A stretch of DNA of 64,000 nt from an uncultured Candidatus Saccharibacteria bacterium (GTDB lineage: Bacteria > Patescibacteriota > Saccharimonadia > Saccharimonadales > JAGQNJ01): the NCBI GenBank assembly GCA_964504275.1, contig CAZDDV010000001.1, positions 20,982 through 84,981 on the forward strand, given 5' to 3'. Positions 38,343-48,632 of the stretch are shown one piece after another (within the stretch, counting starts at the first letter, position 1; every line of letters starts with the position of its first letter). The notes beneath the pieces were generated by a model, which did not search any database, was not told the origin of the DNA, and was given only the letters and a program-made list of their open reading frames with translations. A program made the position numbers and the translations under genes.

Positions 38343-39838
38343 GACTTCTTTGCGGTCAGTCGCCACATTATAATCGCCTGAGTAGTGAGGCCAGCAACAA
38401 GGCCGATTATCAGTACGGGTAGCAATAGGCCGGGTATATCATTTTTTTCGGTGATTCCTGTATAGAGTGCTTGTATCGGGTTGGTCATCACAACTTTAAA
38501 CTGCCGCACTAGGATGCTGGTTGCACTGGTCATAATTGATAGCCAGCCAAGAACCACGATTAGTAAAACGCCCTGGCCGCGCAACTTTTTAAAATACAAT
38601 GCGCCGACGGCCATGAACCCAGCAAATGATAGCCAAGCTGGCAGTAGGTAGCGCCGATTCACTCCGCCATAGCCAACCGAGTAGGCAATTTGTTGGCCAT
38701 ACGTAATAATAAATTGCAGCAACAATAAACCGATAATCGCCCACATAATTACTGTTAGTTTTTTGCGTGATTTCCATATTTGCGCGACCGCGCCATACGT
38801 AACAGTTAAGATAATTAGTAGCGACGGCCAAAAGTTAATCGCTTGATTACCAACTCTTGGCAGAATTTTCCAGGATCTTCCGTACAAACCGGTTGTAAGC
38901 ATCTTCCAGGTTTCCGGGGAAGTTAAAACTTCTGGCAGCGTTTCGTATTTACCTGGCAAGATATTTTGCGCCGAACCTGGCGGGCGATTCCTAAAAGGCG
39001 AACCACTTAATTGATAATTGTGAACATAAAACCAACCAATACCAATCGCAATAACGATCGTAATGATCGCCGAAGCCTTAATCGCTGGTAGCAGTTTTTG
39101 TAGCCATGTTCCTTTGGTATGTAACCAAGCAGCAATAAAAAGTGTGACGAACACAACCAGTACGGTTCCGAAAAATGAAGCTTTGGTTGCCATACCGCCT
39201 AGGCACACAACTGCCAGCCACGCTGTATAAGAGGTTTTAATGCCACTTTGAACCGTGCGAATTGATAGCACTAGTGCCAGTGTTGCAAATAGCATCATGA
39301 GTCCGTCGTTCATGATTTCGGCCGCAACATAAAATGCTAAAAGCGATGATCCAATCGCCGGTACAGCAACCGCAAATAGGGCGCGCCGTTTACCGCCAAT
39401 AACCCAGCCACCCCACGCCATGGCTAGGACACACAGCACGCCTATAATAATGCTTATCACCCGCGCAATTGCGGTGGCTCTAACCCAGTGGCCATCGTCT
39501 AAAAGCGGCGTTACGAATGGCGCCAGGATTGCATAGTAAAGCGGCGGATGATGTGACACAAATTGAATTTTCGATTTCGGTCGCCCAAGCGGTGCTTGCG
39601 TGCCTTGCCAAAAATCTGGCAAATTGCCATGTCCAAGTTGCCAGGCGTAATCAAGATGTTGCGGCGCGTCAGTGGTTCCGCGCCACGGAACGGCCGAAGC
39701 AAAAATTGCCATGCCGCAGATCATCGCTAGAATGACTCCCAGCACCCCAATGCTTGCCCGTTTTCGTTCCGCAGTTGAAAGAAAGCTTTTTATAATCCAA
39801 AGCCGCAAACTTTTGTAGAACCCCCGCAACGTTTCCAT
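38339..39838 (-). CDS. Polytopic membrane protein, GT-C-like (ArnT/PMT-type) glycosyltransferase candidate.
   Basis: At least 11 TM helices; paired with a polyprenyl-phosphate GT2 downstream. Confidence 0.35.
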   Translation of the reverse strand: METLRGFYKSLRLWIIKSFLSTAERKRASIGVLGVILAMICGMAIFASAVPWRGTTDAPQHLDYAWQLGHGNLPDFWQGTQAPLGRPKSKIQFVSHHPPLYYAILAPFVTPLLDDGHWVRATAIARVISIIIGVLCVLAMAWGGWVIGGKRRALFAVAVPAIGSSLLAFYVAAEIMNDGLMMLFATLALVLSIRTVQSGIKTSYTAWLAVVCLGGMATKASFFGTVLVVFVTLFIAAWLHTKGTWLQKLLPAIKASAIITIVIAIGIGWFYVHNYQLSGSPFRNRPPGSAQNILPGKYETLPEVLTSPETWKMLTTGLYGRSWKILPRVGNQAINFWPSLLIILTVTYGAVAQIWKSRKKLTVIMWAIIGLLLLQFIITYGQQIAYSVGYGGVNRRYLLPAWLSFAGFMAVGALYFKKLRGQGVLLIVVLGWLSIMTSATSILVRQFKVVMTNPIQALYTGITEKNDIPGLLLPVLIIGLVAGLTTQAIIMWRLTAKKS

Positions 39839-39873
39839 TAGCTTAAGTCTACCAGGCTCTTGCCGGTTTTGGG

Positions 39874-40836
39874 TTATTTTTTGGTCGAGTTTTTGTCGTA
39901 CTGAATTTGACGAAGTTTATGTAAGTTTTCTTCCAACAAGCGGCGATTAATTGCAATAAGATCCGCAATGATTCCAAGCACAATTGTCAAAAATCCAACA
40001 ATAATTAAAACCGCTCCCGCAACAAGCGATTGTAAATGCCCGCCAATTGGGTCGCCATGAGTAATGACTAAGAATAAGTATCGGAACATCGGCAGCGTAC
40101 CAACCCCGAAAATAAATATACCTACACTAAAGAAAATTTTAAACGGTTCGTGCATAGCGTAGCTTTGAAAAATCGTCGAGGTTGATTTCCATATGTGCTG
40201 GAACATGTTTTTAAACAATCGAGACTCGCGAGTTTTTGGGTTTGTTTTAATCGCCACAAACGTAATCGGCACGCGCTTTTTGCCAGCATGAATAATTGTT
40301 TCGGTGCAATAACTAAACGTTGTAACGACATTTAAATCGAGCGCCGCTTTTCTGGAATATGCGCGGAAGCCACTGACGGCATCTGGGATACTCGTGCCTG
40401 CCGCTGCGTTGACCAAACCGCTACCAAGCTTTTGCAGTACTTTTTTGAGCGGACTAAAATGTGCAATCGTGCGAGTTTGACGATCGCCGACCACCATATC
40501 GAATTCGCCGCTCAAAATCGGTGCAATGAGTTTTGGAATGTCTTCTTGCGGGTATTGGTTGTCGCCGTCGGTGTTTACGATAACGTCGGCACCAAGCCGC
40601 AAGCATTCTTGGACTCCGTCGTAAAATGTTGCCGCTAAACCTTTGTTTTTCTTGTGTCGCACAATGTGGTCGACGCCAAGTTTTTTGGCAACTTGAATCG
40701 TTTTGTCTTTTGATCCGTCGTCGATAATCATGACTTCGACAGAATCAATGCCGGCGATCTTGCGCGGAATACTGTTTACTACCAAATGCAGCGTTTCTTC
40801 TTCGTTATAGCAGGGAATTTGTACAATTAGTTTCAC
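39874..40836 (-). CDS. Polyprenol-monophosphate glycosyltransferase (GT2, ArnC/GtrB/DPM1-like).
   Basis: IPCYNEEE...IIDDGSKDKT...DGDNQ plus two C-terminal TM helices. Confidence 0.75.
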   Translation of the reverse strand: MKLIVQIPCYNEEETLHLVVNSIPRKIAGIDSVEVMIIDDGSKDKTIQVAKKLGVDHIVRHKKNKGLAATFYDGVQECLRLGADVIVNTDGDNQYPQEDIPKLIAPILSGEFDMVVGDRQTRTIAHFSPLKKVLQKLGSGLVNAAAGTSIPDAVSGFRAYSRKAALDLNVVTTFSYCTETIIHAGKKRVPITFVAIKTNPKTRESRLFKNMFQHIWKSTSTIFQSYAMHEPFKIFFSVGIFIFGVGTLPMFRYLFLVITHGDPIGGHLQSLVAGAVLIIVGFLTIVLGIIADLIAINRRLLEENLHKLRQIQYDKNSTKK

Positions 40837-40900
40837 GGGGTGTCCTTACTTTTTAGGGTCTACTCAAATCGTGTTTTTATTATAAACGATTTATTCAACC

Positions 40901-41758
40901 TTGTTGCTACAAACTTGCCCTCAAACCAACAGAATGCATTATAATGAGTGGCTGATGCTGCGACATATACTATCAAAAAAGAATAAAGTTCTGCTTAACG
41001 AACTCGTGCGTACAGACTTTAAGCTACGCTATCAGGGTTCAGCACTTGGTTACGCCTGGTCATTGTTGCGTCCACTGATGCTATTTTTGATTCTCTATCT
41101 TGTATTTGCGCGCTTTATTCGTGTCGGCGACAGCGTGCCGCACTTTCCGGTTTATTTGCTGCTCGGTATTGTGCTTTGGAATTTCTTTGCCGAGATGACT
41201 TCTATGAGCCTTGGCTCGATTGTTGGCCGCGGTGATTTAATACGAAAAATCAGAATTCCCCGCTGGATTATTGTGTCATCAAGTAGTCTGTCGGCGGTTA
41301 TTAACCTCGGGCTAAACATGCTAATTGTGTTGGTGTTTGTCATTGTTAACCGAGTTGATTTATTGCAAACGAGTTTGTGGTTGCCACTTATTATTATAGA
41401 AATGTATCTGTTTGCGCTCGGCATCTCGCTTATTTTGGCTGCTGCTTTTGTGAAGTATCGAGATGTTAGTTATGTATGGGAAGTTACAACGCAAGGTTTG
41501 TTTTATTTAACACCGGTCTTGTATCCGCTGGCGCTTATTAAAAACGAGTTTTATCAAAAAATACTACTGATGAGTCCCATGGGTCAAACGATTCAAGATG
41601 CACGCTACGCATTAATTACTCATGAAACGCTTACCACGACACAAGTGTACGGCTCACCGTGGTGGCGCATTGTTCCGGTTGGTATTTCTTTGCTCGTTTT
41701 GTTTTTGGGCATTTGGTATTTTAGATCGCAATCTAAACATTTCGCGGAGAATATTTAA
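40901..41758 (+). CDS. ABC-2 type polysaccharide/teichoic-acid export permease (Wzm/TagG-like).
   Basis: LVRTDFKLRYQGSALGYAWSLLRPL; 6 TM helices. Confidence 0.7.
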   Translation: MLLQTCPQTNRMHYNEWLMLRHILSKKNKVLLNELVRTDFKLRYQGSALGYAWSLLRPLMLFLILYLVFARFIRVGDSVPHFPVYLLLGIVLWNFFAEMTSMSLGSIVGRGDLIRKIRIPRWIIVSSSSLSAVINLGLNMLIVLVFVIVNRVDLLQTSLWLPLIIIEMYLFALGISLILAAAFVKYRDVSYVWEVTTQGLFYLTPVLYPLALIKNEFYQKILLMSPMGQTIQDARYALITHETLTTTQVYGSPWWRIVPVGISLLVLFLGIWYFRSQSKHFAENI

Positions 41759-42982
41759 ATGGATAATGAAGTTAGCGATCAAAATGCAATAACCGTTACT
41801 AGTCTGAGTAAGTCGTTTAAGTTACCACACGAAAAACTAAGCTCAATCAAAAGCACCGTGCTCAATTTTTACAAACGGCGGAGTTACGAACAGCAACGCG
41901 TGCTTCACGATATTTCCTTTGAAGTTAAAAAGGGTGAATTCTTTGGAATCGTCGGACGGAACGGAAGCGGAAAGAGTACACTATTAAAAATTCTGGCCGG
42001 AATATATTCTGCCGATAAAGGTGACGTCATTGTGAATGGTTTGCTGACGCCTTTTATTGAGCTAGGCGTTGGGTTCAACCCGGAACTTACTGGCCGTGAG
42101 AATGTTTATTTGAACGGTGCTCTGCTTGGTTTTGATCGCAGGGAAATGAGCAAGATGTACGACGGCATTGTGGAGTTTGCCGAACTAGAGCGGTTCATGG
42201 ATCAGAAGCTCAAAAATTATTCTTCTGGCATGCAAGTTCGGCTAGCTTTTTCGATTGCGATTCGTGCAAAGTCAGACATTTTACTTATCGATGAAGTTCT
42301 GGCTGTTGGCGACGCAGCATTTCAACAAAAATGCTTTGACGTGTTCGCAAAACTCAAAAAAGACGGAACGACAATTATTCTTGTTACGCACGATATGGGT
42401 TCGGTTTTGCGTTTTTGTGATCGCGCAATGCTGATTGATAAAGGTGACGTAATCAAAATCGGTAATCCTCACCAGGTTGCAGATACGTACTTAGAGCTAA
42501 ACTATAATCCAGCCAAAAAAGACAAAGAAATGCAAAAGAGTATCGACAAAAAAAAGAAAGAGCCGGCAATTAAAAACGTTTCAATTAGTGGACTCGAAAA
42601 AGAAGAAAAGCATCGTTTTTTACCCGGTGAAAAAGCACGCGTATGCATCAAGTTTAAAAATAACTCACAAAAAAAACCGCTTCATTTCGGATTACAGATT
42701 TTTAGCGAGAATGGTACGTACTGCTTTGGTACAAATTCTAATATTTCCGGCCTTGGCGCGTACAAATCACAAAAAGAGAATGATGAAGTATTTGTCGACC
42801 TTGGTCTTGATCTAGTTCCTGGAACGTACTCTGTGACGGCCGCGCTCATGAACGAGTCGGCAACAACTGTGTATAGCTACCGCGATCAAGCCTGCAAATT
42901 TAGGATTATAAAAAATACTCAGAACGACGGTATAGCACTGCTAAGTGTAGATTGGCAACTTGATAAATTAAACAAAAAGTGA
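41759..42982 (+). CDS. ABC transporter ATP-binding protein (Wzt/TagH-like) with a C-terminal extension.
   Basis: GRNGSGKST; YSSGMQVRLAFS; ILLIDEVLAVGD. Confidence 0.8.
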   Translation: MDNEVSDQNAITVTSLSKSFKLPHEKLSSIKSTVLNFYKRRSYEQQRVLHDISFEVKKGEFFGIVGRNGSGKSTLLKILAGIYSADKGDVIVNGLLTPFIELGVGFNPELTGRENVYLNGALLGFDRREMSKMYDGIVEFAELERFMDQKLKNYSSGMQVRLAFSIAIRAKSDILLIDEVLAVGDAAFQQKCFDVFAKLKKDGTTIILVTHDMGSVLRFCDRAMLIDKGDVIKIGNPHQVADTYLELNYNPAKKDKEMQKSIDKKKKEPAIKNVSISGLEKEEKHRFLPGEKARVCIKFKNNSQKKPLHFGLQIFSENGTYCFGTNSNISGLGAYKSQKENDEVFVDLGLDLVPGTYSVTAALMNESATTVYSYRDQACKFRIIKNTQNDGIALLSVDWQLDKLNKK

Positions 42983-42986
42983 AATC

Positions 42987-44189
42987 CTAGTTCTTTTTTC
43001 CTTTTTCAGCTAGCCAGGTATTTATTATTGGATTACGCACGCTACGAAGTTCTGACTCCTTTTGTTGCATGGCTTCGATAGTAACTTCAAGCGACTTAAT
43101 CTTGAGCGGATTTTCAACTATGAATTCTTTTAATATGACTTCGATGGGTTCAATTTTTGCTAGGTGAGAAAAATCTATTTTTTTATTTAACTCTAGTGTC
43201 ATACGTTTGTACGAAAAAATTTCGTGGTGCCTTAACATGAGTTCAGTACGAAGGGTGTAGTATTGTCTTTTTAGCCTTTGCCAAGTATCGTGCTTTTCGG
43301 AGTCACCGGTAATACGACTCTTCAGTTTTTCATAATTACTAGGTTTTTGAGCGATTACTACATGCGTAGCTGCCATTGCACGAGCTTCGTACATAGAATA
43401 GTTATTCATAAAACTATTTTTACTCGTCGTATCTTTTTCGATATGTGACAAAAACTTACCAACAGGCATGGAGAGGAATTTTTGCTTTTGTGCCTCACTG
43501 AGGTTTGCCATGAAGCGATTAATCGTCATATTAACCGACATTAACGCGGTGCCACTTTCAGGAATGTAACTTTCTAATATCTTAAAATCATCTACAAGAT
43601 ATGTTTCATTCGCTTGAGGCGTCAAGGCAAAATAATGCCCTGGAAAACCATGGTACGGTTGGTAAAATGAATTATTAATTCTAAACACACCCTTCGGTTT
43701 TAGAACTCGCTTCACTTCATTTATTGCAGCGATTGGATCATAGACGTGCTCAAACACGGCAGTTGAATCAACAAAATCGAAGGAGTTGTCCAGAAAAGGC
43801 AAGTGCTCGGCTTCGCCTACGACATCAACCTGCGAGCAAGGTAAAATATCGAGCGAAATAACCCGCGAATCTGATGTTGGAACATTTCCAGAGCCGAGGT
43901 GAAGCACTCGTTTTGCACGCTTGTGCTGTTCTGGCACGACGTACTCAGCATGTGTTTTGGATATTTTACCTTCTTCCGGAGGCGTAACATGCATCGGTTC
44001 AGCTTTGAGAACAAGCACAGGCACACCACCAACAAGCCTATATGATCTCCCCGAGCTTGATATTAATTTATCGCCACGAAGTTTTAACGGCTCGCCTGTA
44101 TGTGGTGAAGCGAGTATGCTCACAAAGTTAGCTATTTTTTTTACGTTCGATTGTTTATTTATTTTGAAGTCGCTACGAAAATTCAACAT
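42987..44189 (-). CDS. SAM-dependent methyltransferase with an N-terminal Trm112-like domain.
   Basis: N-terminus PHTGEPLKL...YRLVGGVPVL. MTase motifs VLHLGSGN...DFVDSTAVFEHV...LKPKGVF. Confidence 0.6.
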   Translation of the reverse strand: MLNFRSDFKINKQSNVKKIANFVSILASPHTGEPLKLRGDKLISSSGRSYRLVGGVPVLVLKAEPMHVTPPEEGKISKTHAEYVVPEQHKRAKRVLHLGSGNVPTSDSRVISLDILPCSQVDVVGEAEHLPFLDNSFDFVDSTAVFEHVYDPIAAINEVKRVLKPKGVFRINNSFYQPYHGFPGHYFALTPQANETYLVDDFKILESYIPESGTALMSVNMTINRFMANLSEAQKQKFLSMPVGKFLSHIEKDTTSKNSFMNNYSMYEARAMAATHVVIAQKPSNYEKLKSRITGDSEKHDTWQRLKRQYYTLRTELMLRHHEIFSYKRMTLELNKKIDFSHLAKIEPIEVILKEFIVENPLKIKSLEVTIEAMQQKESELRSVRNPIINTWLAEKGKKN

Positions 44190-44192
44190 TAC

Positions 44193-46748
44193 TTAACCCC
44201 TTCGCTCAATTTGTTCGAGATAACTATGTTTTGCGTATGGCGAAATCATTTCTTGAGATTTTTTACCCATTGCTAGCAATGCTTTATTGGCTGTTTTATC
44301 TTTATTGAGTACTTGTTCAATTACGCGTGCAATTTGGTCAGTATCGAACAGGCTCAGCTTGTAGCCGTTGCGGCCAGCCAGTAATTGTTCGTCGACGCCA
44401 GCACTATTATTTCTAAGTACGAAACTGCCCATGTACATTGCCTCGGCAACATAGAGCGCAAATGTTTCGCTTAGCGAAGTGCACAACACAGCGTTACACT
44501 GGGAGTAGATGCCGAGTACTCTATTTTTTGGCATTGATGGATACAGTCGCAAACGCTCACCAAGAATTGTTCCCCCGATCGCTTCGATTTGCCGTGACAT
44601 ATAATCATCGCCAATTGATACAAACGTTAGTGAAAAATCTCGATATTTCTTTGGGTTCTTTGCATAATATTTTTTTAGAAAAGTATCAAATGCAATTAGG
44701 GCGGTAAAGTGACCTTTGCGGCCATCTTGCGGCGTGCCTTGCAATAAGAAATTAATACTATTAAAGTCTTGGACTTTACGTTTGAGGTGATAGCGTTTGC
44801 CAACACCAATATTTAAGAGAATAGTTCGAACGCGGTCAGTATTAAAAAGCGCATTGTACTGTTTCATAACGCTATGAGACGGTACGAGCATAGAAAGCTT
44901 TTTCTTTCGCACTAACGCGCCTAACATTTTCGGGTCAAGTTTGTCGTGGAATGATTTATTGATGCTATTGTACTGCGTTACGTCTTCGTGAATAAACCAG
45001 TAGGCATGATGCAAGCCATTATGTTCGAGTAAGTCCAGTACGTAGCGTCGATAGTTTTCAAACACGGCAACAGTATTCATCATCACAAAATCATGTGGTT
45101 GCAAGTTGAGCTGAAATGCAATTTCGTGTTGTGGGTGAGTCGCGCTTGCCAAGTAAATTTTTACTCCCGCCTCGCGGAGTTCGCGCACCAGATTTTGTTC
45201 GACATATGGCGATACGATGCAGACTCGGGAAGCACCGTATTTTTTGCAGTATTCGCGAATGACTTGCAGCATCACAAGTGGCGCGCCGGTATGGTCAATG
45301 GCGTGAGCGATAAATACATATCGCCGTGGTGTTGCTTGGGTTTTTCGCGTCACGTTTTGGCTGGCAACAAAATAGAGTCGTTTCCAGCCATTTGTCTTAC
45401 CGTAACGAACAACGCGTGGCAAAAATAACGCCGCACTTTTAGTAGTTTGCATGGCTTTCCGCGTCAGTCTTGTTGCGAATCGCTGCGGCGCACTATCTGC
45501 TCCATGAACGACGACCGTACTGCGAAACCGGCTTTCGTCGGCAAATGGTAGTGGGTGAGCCGAAAGACGTAGCAGGGGACGAACAACATCGTGCCAAAAA
45601 TATTTTTGTTTAATTTCTTTCACTTGTTCTTTGACGTGCACTAATTGTTCGGGATGTGCCGCGACATCAGCAATGGTTTGGTGAATATCATCGGCAGAAA
45701 GTTTTTTAATTCTAATTGCCGCATTATTGTCGAGTAGTTCTTCACTGAGCGGATCGCCGCCATTTGTGATGATCGCAAGTTCTCCCCAAACAAAATCCAT
45801 CACGCGTGTACGCCACGAAAACTGATTTTCTTCGCCTGGTTTGTTCAGGCTGATTACCGTATTGCAATGAGCAAACCAATTAATGCGATCTTCAAAATCT
45901 ACCCACTCAACAAAAAACATAGTCTTGTTTAAAAGTTTATGCTTCTTAGCAAAATCAACCGCTTCGTCGTGCTGACGAGAAAAATCAGGATTTGGATTAA
46001 ACGGATTTTTACTGCCGACAAAAACCAGTTTTATTTTTTTATCGCCAGAAAGTTTGAGGGCAGCCTCCAGAAGATCAGCGACTTTAAACCACGGATACAA
46101 ACCACCAAACCACATGACTACAAAATCATCATCTTTTATGCCAAGCTTATGATAAGGATTTTCTTTTGGCTGAATTGGCTCGTCGTGTAATCCAAAAGGA
46201 ACAACATGCAAGCGATCTTTGCGGTAGCTATACGGATTGATGATTCCAAGCGCTGAGAATACACCCATGTAATACGTTTTTTGAAACTTATTCGCACACA
46301 TAAAGTAATCACCGCGCTTGAGCACTTCGTTGTAACCTTCGATATCGCGCATGTAGTATCCGTATTCGTGTTGCAGGTTTTTAGAATCACGAGCAGATAC
46401 TTCGACATAAATTGGTACATACAAATCGAGCACTAAGCAAATTTGTGGGCTAATGTGCCGAGCAACAAATACCGAAGGATCGCCCATGCAATAACTCATG
46501 ATTACCATGTCGTACGAGTTAATAAGATCGATAAAATTACTATCAAGCGTCCAGTTTGTGAGCAGTACTCCCTCGCAAGAATCAGCACCTTGCGGGAACG
46601 ATTCGTTTACTGCGACTGTAACGCGCGTACCATTTGCACTGAGTCCTTTTGCCAGCCCCCACGCCCGCATGCCGCCACCTTCAACGCGGGTGCACTGCTC
46701 TGTCGGAACCGGGCCATATGTAATTATTAAGCATGTTTTTTTTGCCAT
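44193..46748 (-). CDS. Large two-domain GT4-like glycosyltransferase.
   Basis: 851 aa. Second domain carries the E-x7-E motif SETFALYVAEAMYMGSF. Confidence 0.5.
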   Translation of the reverse strand: MAKKTCLIITYGPVPTEQCTRVEGGGMRAWGLAKGLSANGTRVTVAVNESFPQGADSCEGVLLTNWTLDSNFIDLINSYDMVIMSYCMGDPSVFVARHISPQICLVLDLYVPIYVEVSARDSKNLQHEYGYYMRDIEGYNEVLKRGDYFMCANKFQKTYYMGVFSALGIINPYSYRKDRLHVVPFGLHDEPIQPKENPYHKLGIKDDDFVVMWFGGLYPWFKVADLLEAALKLSGDKKIKLVFVGSKNPFNPNPDFSRQHDEAVDFAKKHKLLNKTMFFVEWVDFEDRINWFAHCNTVISLNKPGEENQFSWRTRVMDFVWGELAIITNGGDPLSEELLDNNAAIRIKKLSADDIHQTIADVAAHPEQLVHVKEQVKEIKQKYFWHDVVRPLLRLSAHPLPFADESRFRSTVVVHGADSAPQRFATRLTRKAMQTTKSAALFLPRVVRYGKTNGWKRLYFVASQNVTRKTQATPRRYVFIAHAIDHTGAPLVMLQVIREYCKKYGASRVCIVSPYVEQNLVRELREAGVKIYLASATHPQHEIAFQLNLQPHDFVMMNTVAVFENYRRYVLDLLEHNGLHHAYWFIHEDVTQYNSINKSFHDKLDPKMLGALVRKKKLSMLVPSHSVMKQYNALFNTDRVRTILLNIGVGKRYHLKRKVQDFNSINFLLQGTPQDGRKGHFTALIAFDTFLKKYYAKNPKKYRDFSLTFVSIGDDYMSRQIEAIGGTILGERLRLYPSMPKNRVLGIYSQCNAVLCTSLSETFALYVAEAMYMGSFVLRNNSAGVDEQLLAGRNGYKLSLFDTDQIARVIEQVLNKDKTANKALLAMGKKSQEMISPYAKHSYLEQIERRG

Positions 46749-46793
46749 TTTTAGAACTCCATTTTACGGTAACTATAGCACATAAGCCCGATA

Positions 46794-48632
46794 TTATTTT
46801 AGCCACCGCGACATCCAGAAGTGTCGCTTGCCCATAATGTTGTATATAGTATATGCGCTAAAAATCATCAAGCCGGCTATAGCACTTAATATAAGAGCAT
46901 TGCGAGGCTCAAATATCCAGCTGACTTTTCGTAGCTCATAGCTATAAAATATAGTGAACAATAAGTGAATACACTGCAACATAAAGGCAAACAGGACCCA
47001 GTATGGTTTACGCAGGCGCACCAATAATGCTACTGCCAACCCAGCTAAGAGCACAATAATTGCCTGGGCAAAATGCAATGAAGCGATGGCTCGTGATCCG
47101 CGCCAGCCAACAATTGCCGTTGCACAAAGAATCGGCACGGTAACCAATATCCAATAATCCATTTTCTTGATGCGCAGAAATACAGCAATGATTGCAGGAA
47201 TAATAAGTCCCAAACCAAGCGACCCTGGTATCGAAAATAACCCGACTGCCCATAGTCGCCTAAACCAGCTTTGGCCACCGCCGGAATAAATAAGATCATA
47301 CGGAGTCAGTAAGTAAAAAAGCGTATCGAAACGAATCGAAATAATTTCTTGAATAGGTGTTTTTAAAAAAGTGGCAATGATTTCTTTTTCTTTTCCAGGT
47401 GGCGGCAATCCTTGGGTTGAAAGTGGATAGAGTGCAAATGTACTTGGTTTGTCATACACAACAGATGATATAAACATCCACGGAAGTATAAAAATCGAGG
47501 CCACGCCAACCAGTACCACGGCGTCACGGAAGCGTTTTTTGAAACACAGGAGTAGTACTAATGCTGCTATATAAAATACCGCCAAATCATGCGTCAAGTA
47601 TGCGAGCCCGCCGATAGCACCGGCTAGTATTATGTAGCGCAACTGTTTTTCGTAACTCAGCAAAAACATTGTCAGTACAAAAAATGCTACGAGTGATTTT
47701 GGCCAGCTGAATACAGCATTGTATAAAAAGAACGGGCTGCTTATTAGGAATAAGTTGGTAATCGCAGCAACTTTTGGATTGAACATTCGTCGCAGCAAAA
47801 ACCAAGCAGATAGCAAAAAAAGCGCGTTAAGAACGTTGGCAATTATTTGGAATTTTTCATACGTGTGATCCGGATCTCCGGTTGTATCTGCCCACAAATA
47901 ATGAACGGGCGGAGCGTCAGTAAGTACCGTAAAATATCCAGCTGTCACCGCACCAAGTAGCGGGGTTCGTTGAAAAAAGTGTACGCCCCAACTACAAATA
48001 AAACAGTCGGTTCCGAGATTCGATCGGTTTACAATAAACTGCGCCTGACGATACGGCACATAATTATCGTTTGCCTGTGTTTTAACGATGTTGAGCACTT
48101 TAACATTTGCAACATTATAGTTATGGACTGCTACTGGCTTGGGATCAGGAACGTATGTATACGGCGCATCAAATCGCATCGTTAAAAATGCACAACTTAA
48201 AGCTGATGCGAGTACTAAGCACAGCAACGGGAAGCCATATTGTCGAAAGTCTTTGTATAATTTTTGTTGTACAAACACGACGCCAGAACCAATGAGTGCA
48301 ATCCATCCGCAGAGAGAAATAAAATAAACTGGCAAACTGGTCATGTACCAAACCAGCGCAATGAGCGCGAAAAACACAATACTAAAAACGTAACCAACAA
48401 CCAAACGCAGCTCGGGTTTTAGGCGCAAAAATGGTATTTGCATAGCAATCACGTAGCCTGGCATAAAAAGAGACACATGAACAAACACAAAGAAGAATGT
48501 AAATAGAAGCAGCGTAGCCATTACTTTAATTATAGCAAGAATATTTGGTAGCATTTTGAAAAGTTTGTTGGTGTTATTATATATAGAGTGAAAAATGTGA
48601 TACGGAATTTTAGGACGCAAACATTGCTGCAT
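46794..48632 (-). CDS. Large polytopic membrane protein (GT-C / polymerase-like candidate).
   Basis: About 14 TM helices. Real start probably internal (MLPNIL...), which would remove the overlap with the divergent neighbour. Confidence 0.3.
   Translation of the reverse strand: MQQCLRPKIPYHIFHSIYNNTNKLFKMLPNILAIIKVMATLLLFTFFFVFVHVSLFMPGYVIAMQIPFLRLKPELRLVVGYVFSIVFFALIALVWYMTSLPVYFISLCGWIALIGSGVVFVQQKLYKDFRQYGFPLLCLVLASALSCAFLTMRFDAPYTYVPDPKPVAVHNYNVANVKVLNIVKTQANDNYVPYRQAQFIVNRSNLGTDCFICSWGVHFFQRTPLLGAVTAGYFTVLTDAPPVHYLWADTTGDPDHTYEKFQIIANVLNALFLLSAWFLLRRMFNPKVAAITNLFLISSPFFLYNAVFSWPKSLVAFFVLTMFLLSYEKQLRYIILAGAIGGLAYLTHDLAVFYIAALVLLLCFKKRFRDAVVLVGVASIFILPWMFISSVVYDKPSTFALYPLSTQGLPPPGKEKEIIATFLKTPIQEIISIRFDTLFYLLTPYDLIYSGGGQSWFRRLWAVGLFSIPGSLGLGLIIPAIIAVFLRIKKMDYWILVTVPILCATAIVGWRGSRAIASLHFAQAIIVLLAGLAVALLVRLRKPYWVLFAFMLQCIHLLFTIFYSYELRKVSWIFEPRNALILSAIAGLMIFSAYTIYNIMGKRHFWMSRWLK

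Noticed and set aside
48588-48632. 45-bp overlap of divergently transcribed membrane-protein genes.
   Set aside because: Most likely start over-extension of one or both ORFs (an internal ATG at about 48554 for the minus gene), not a real antisense overlap.
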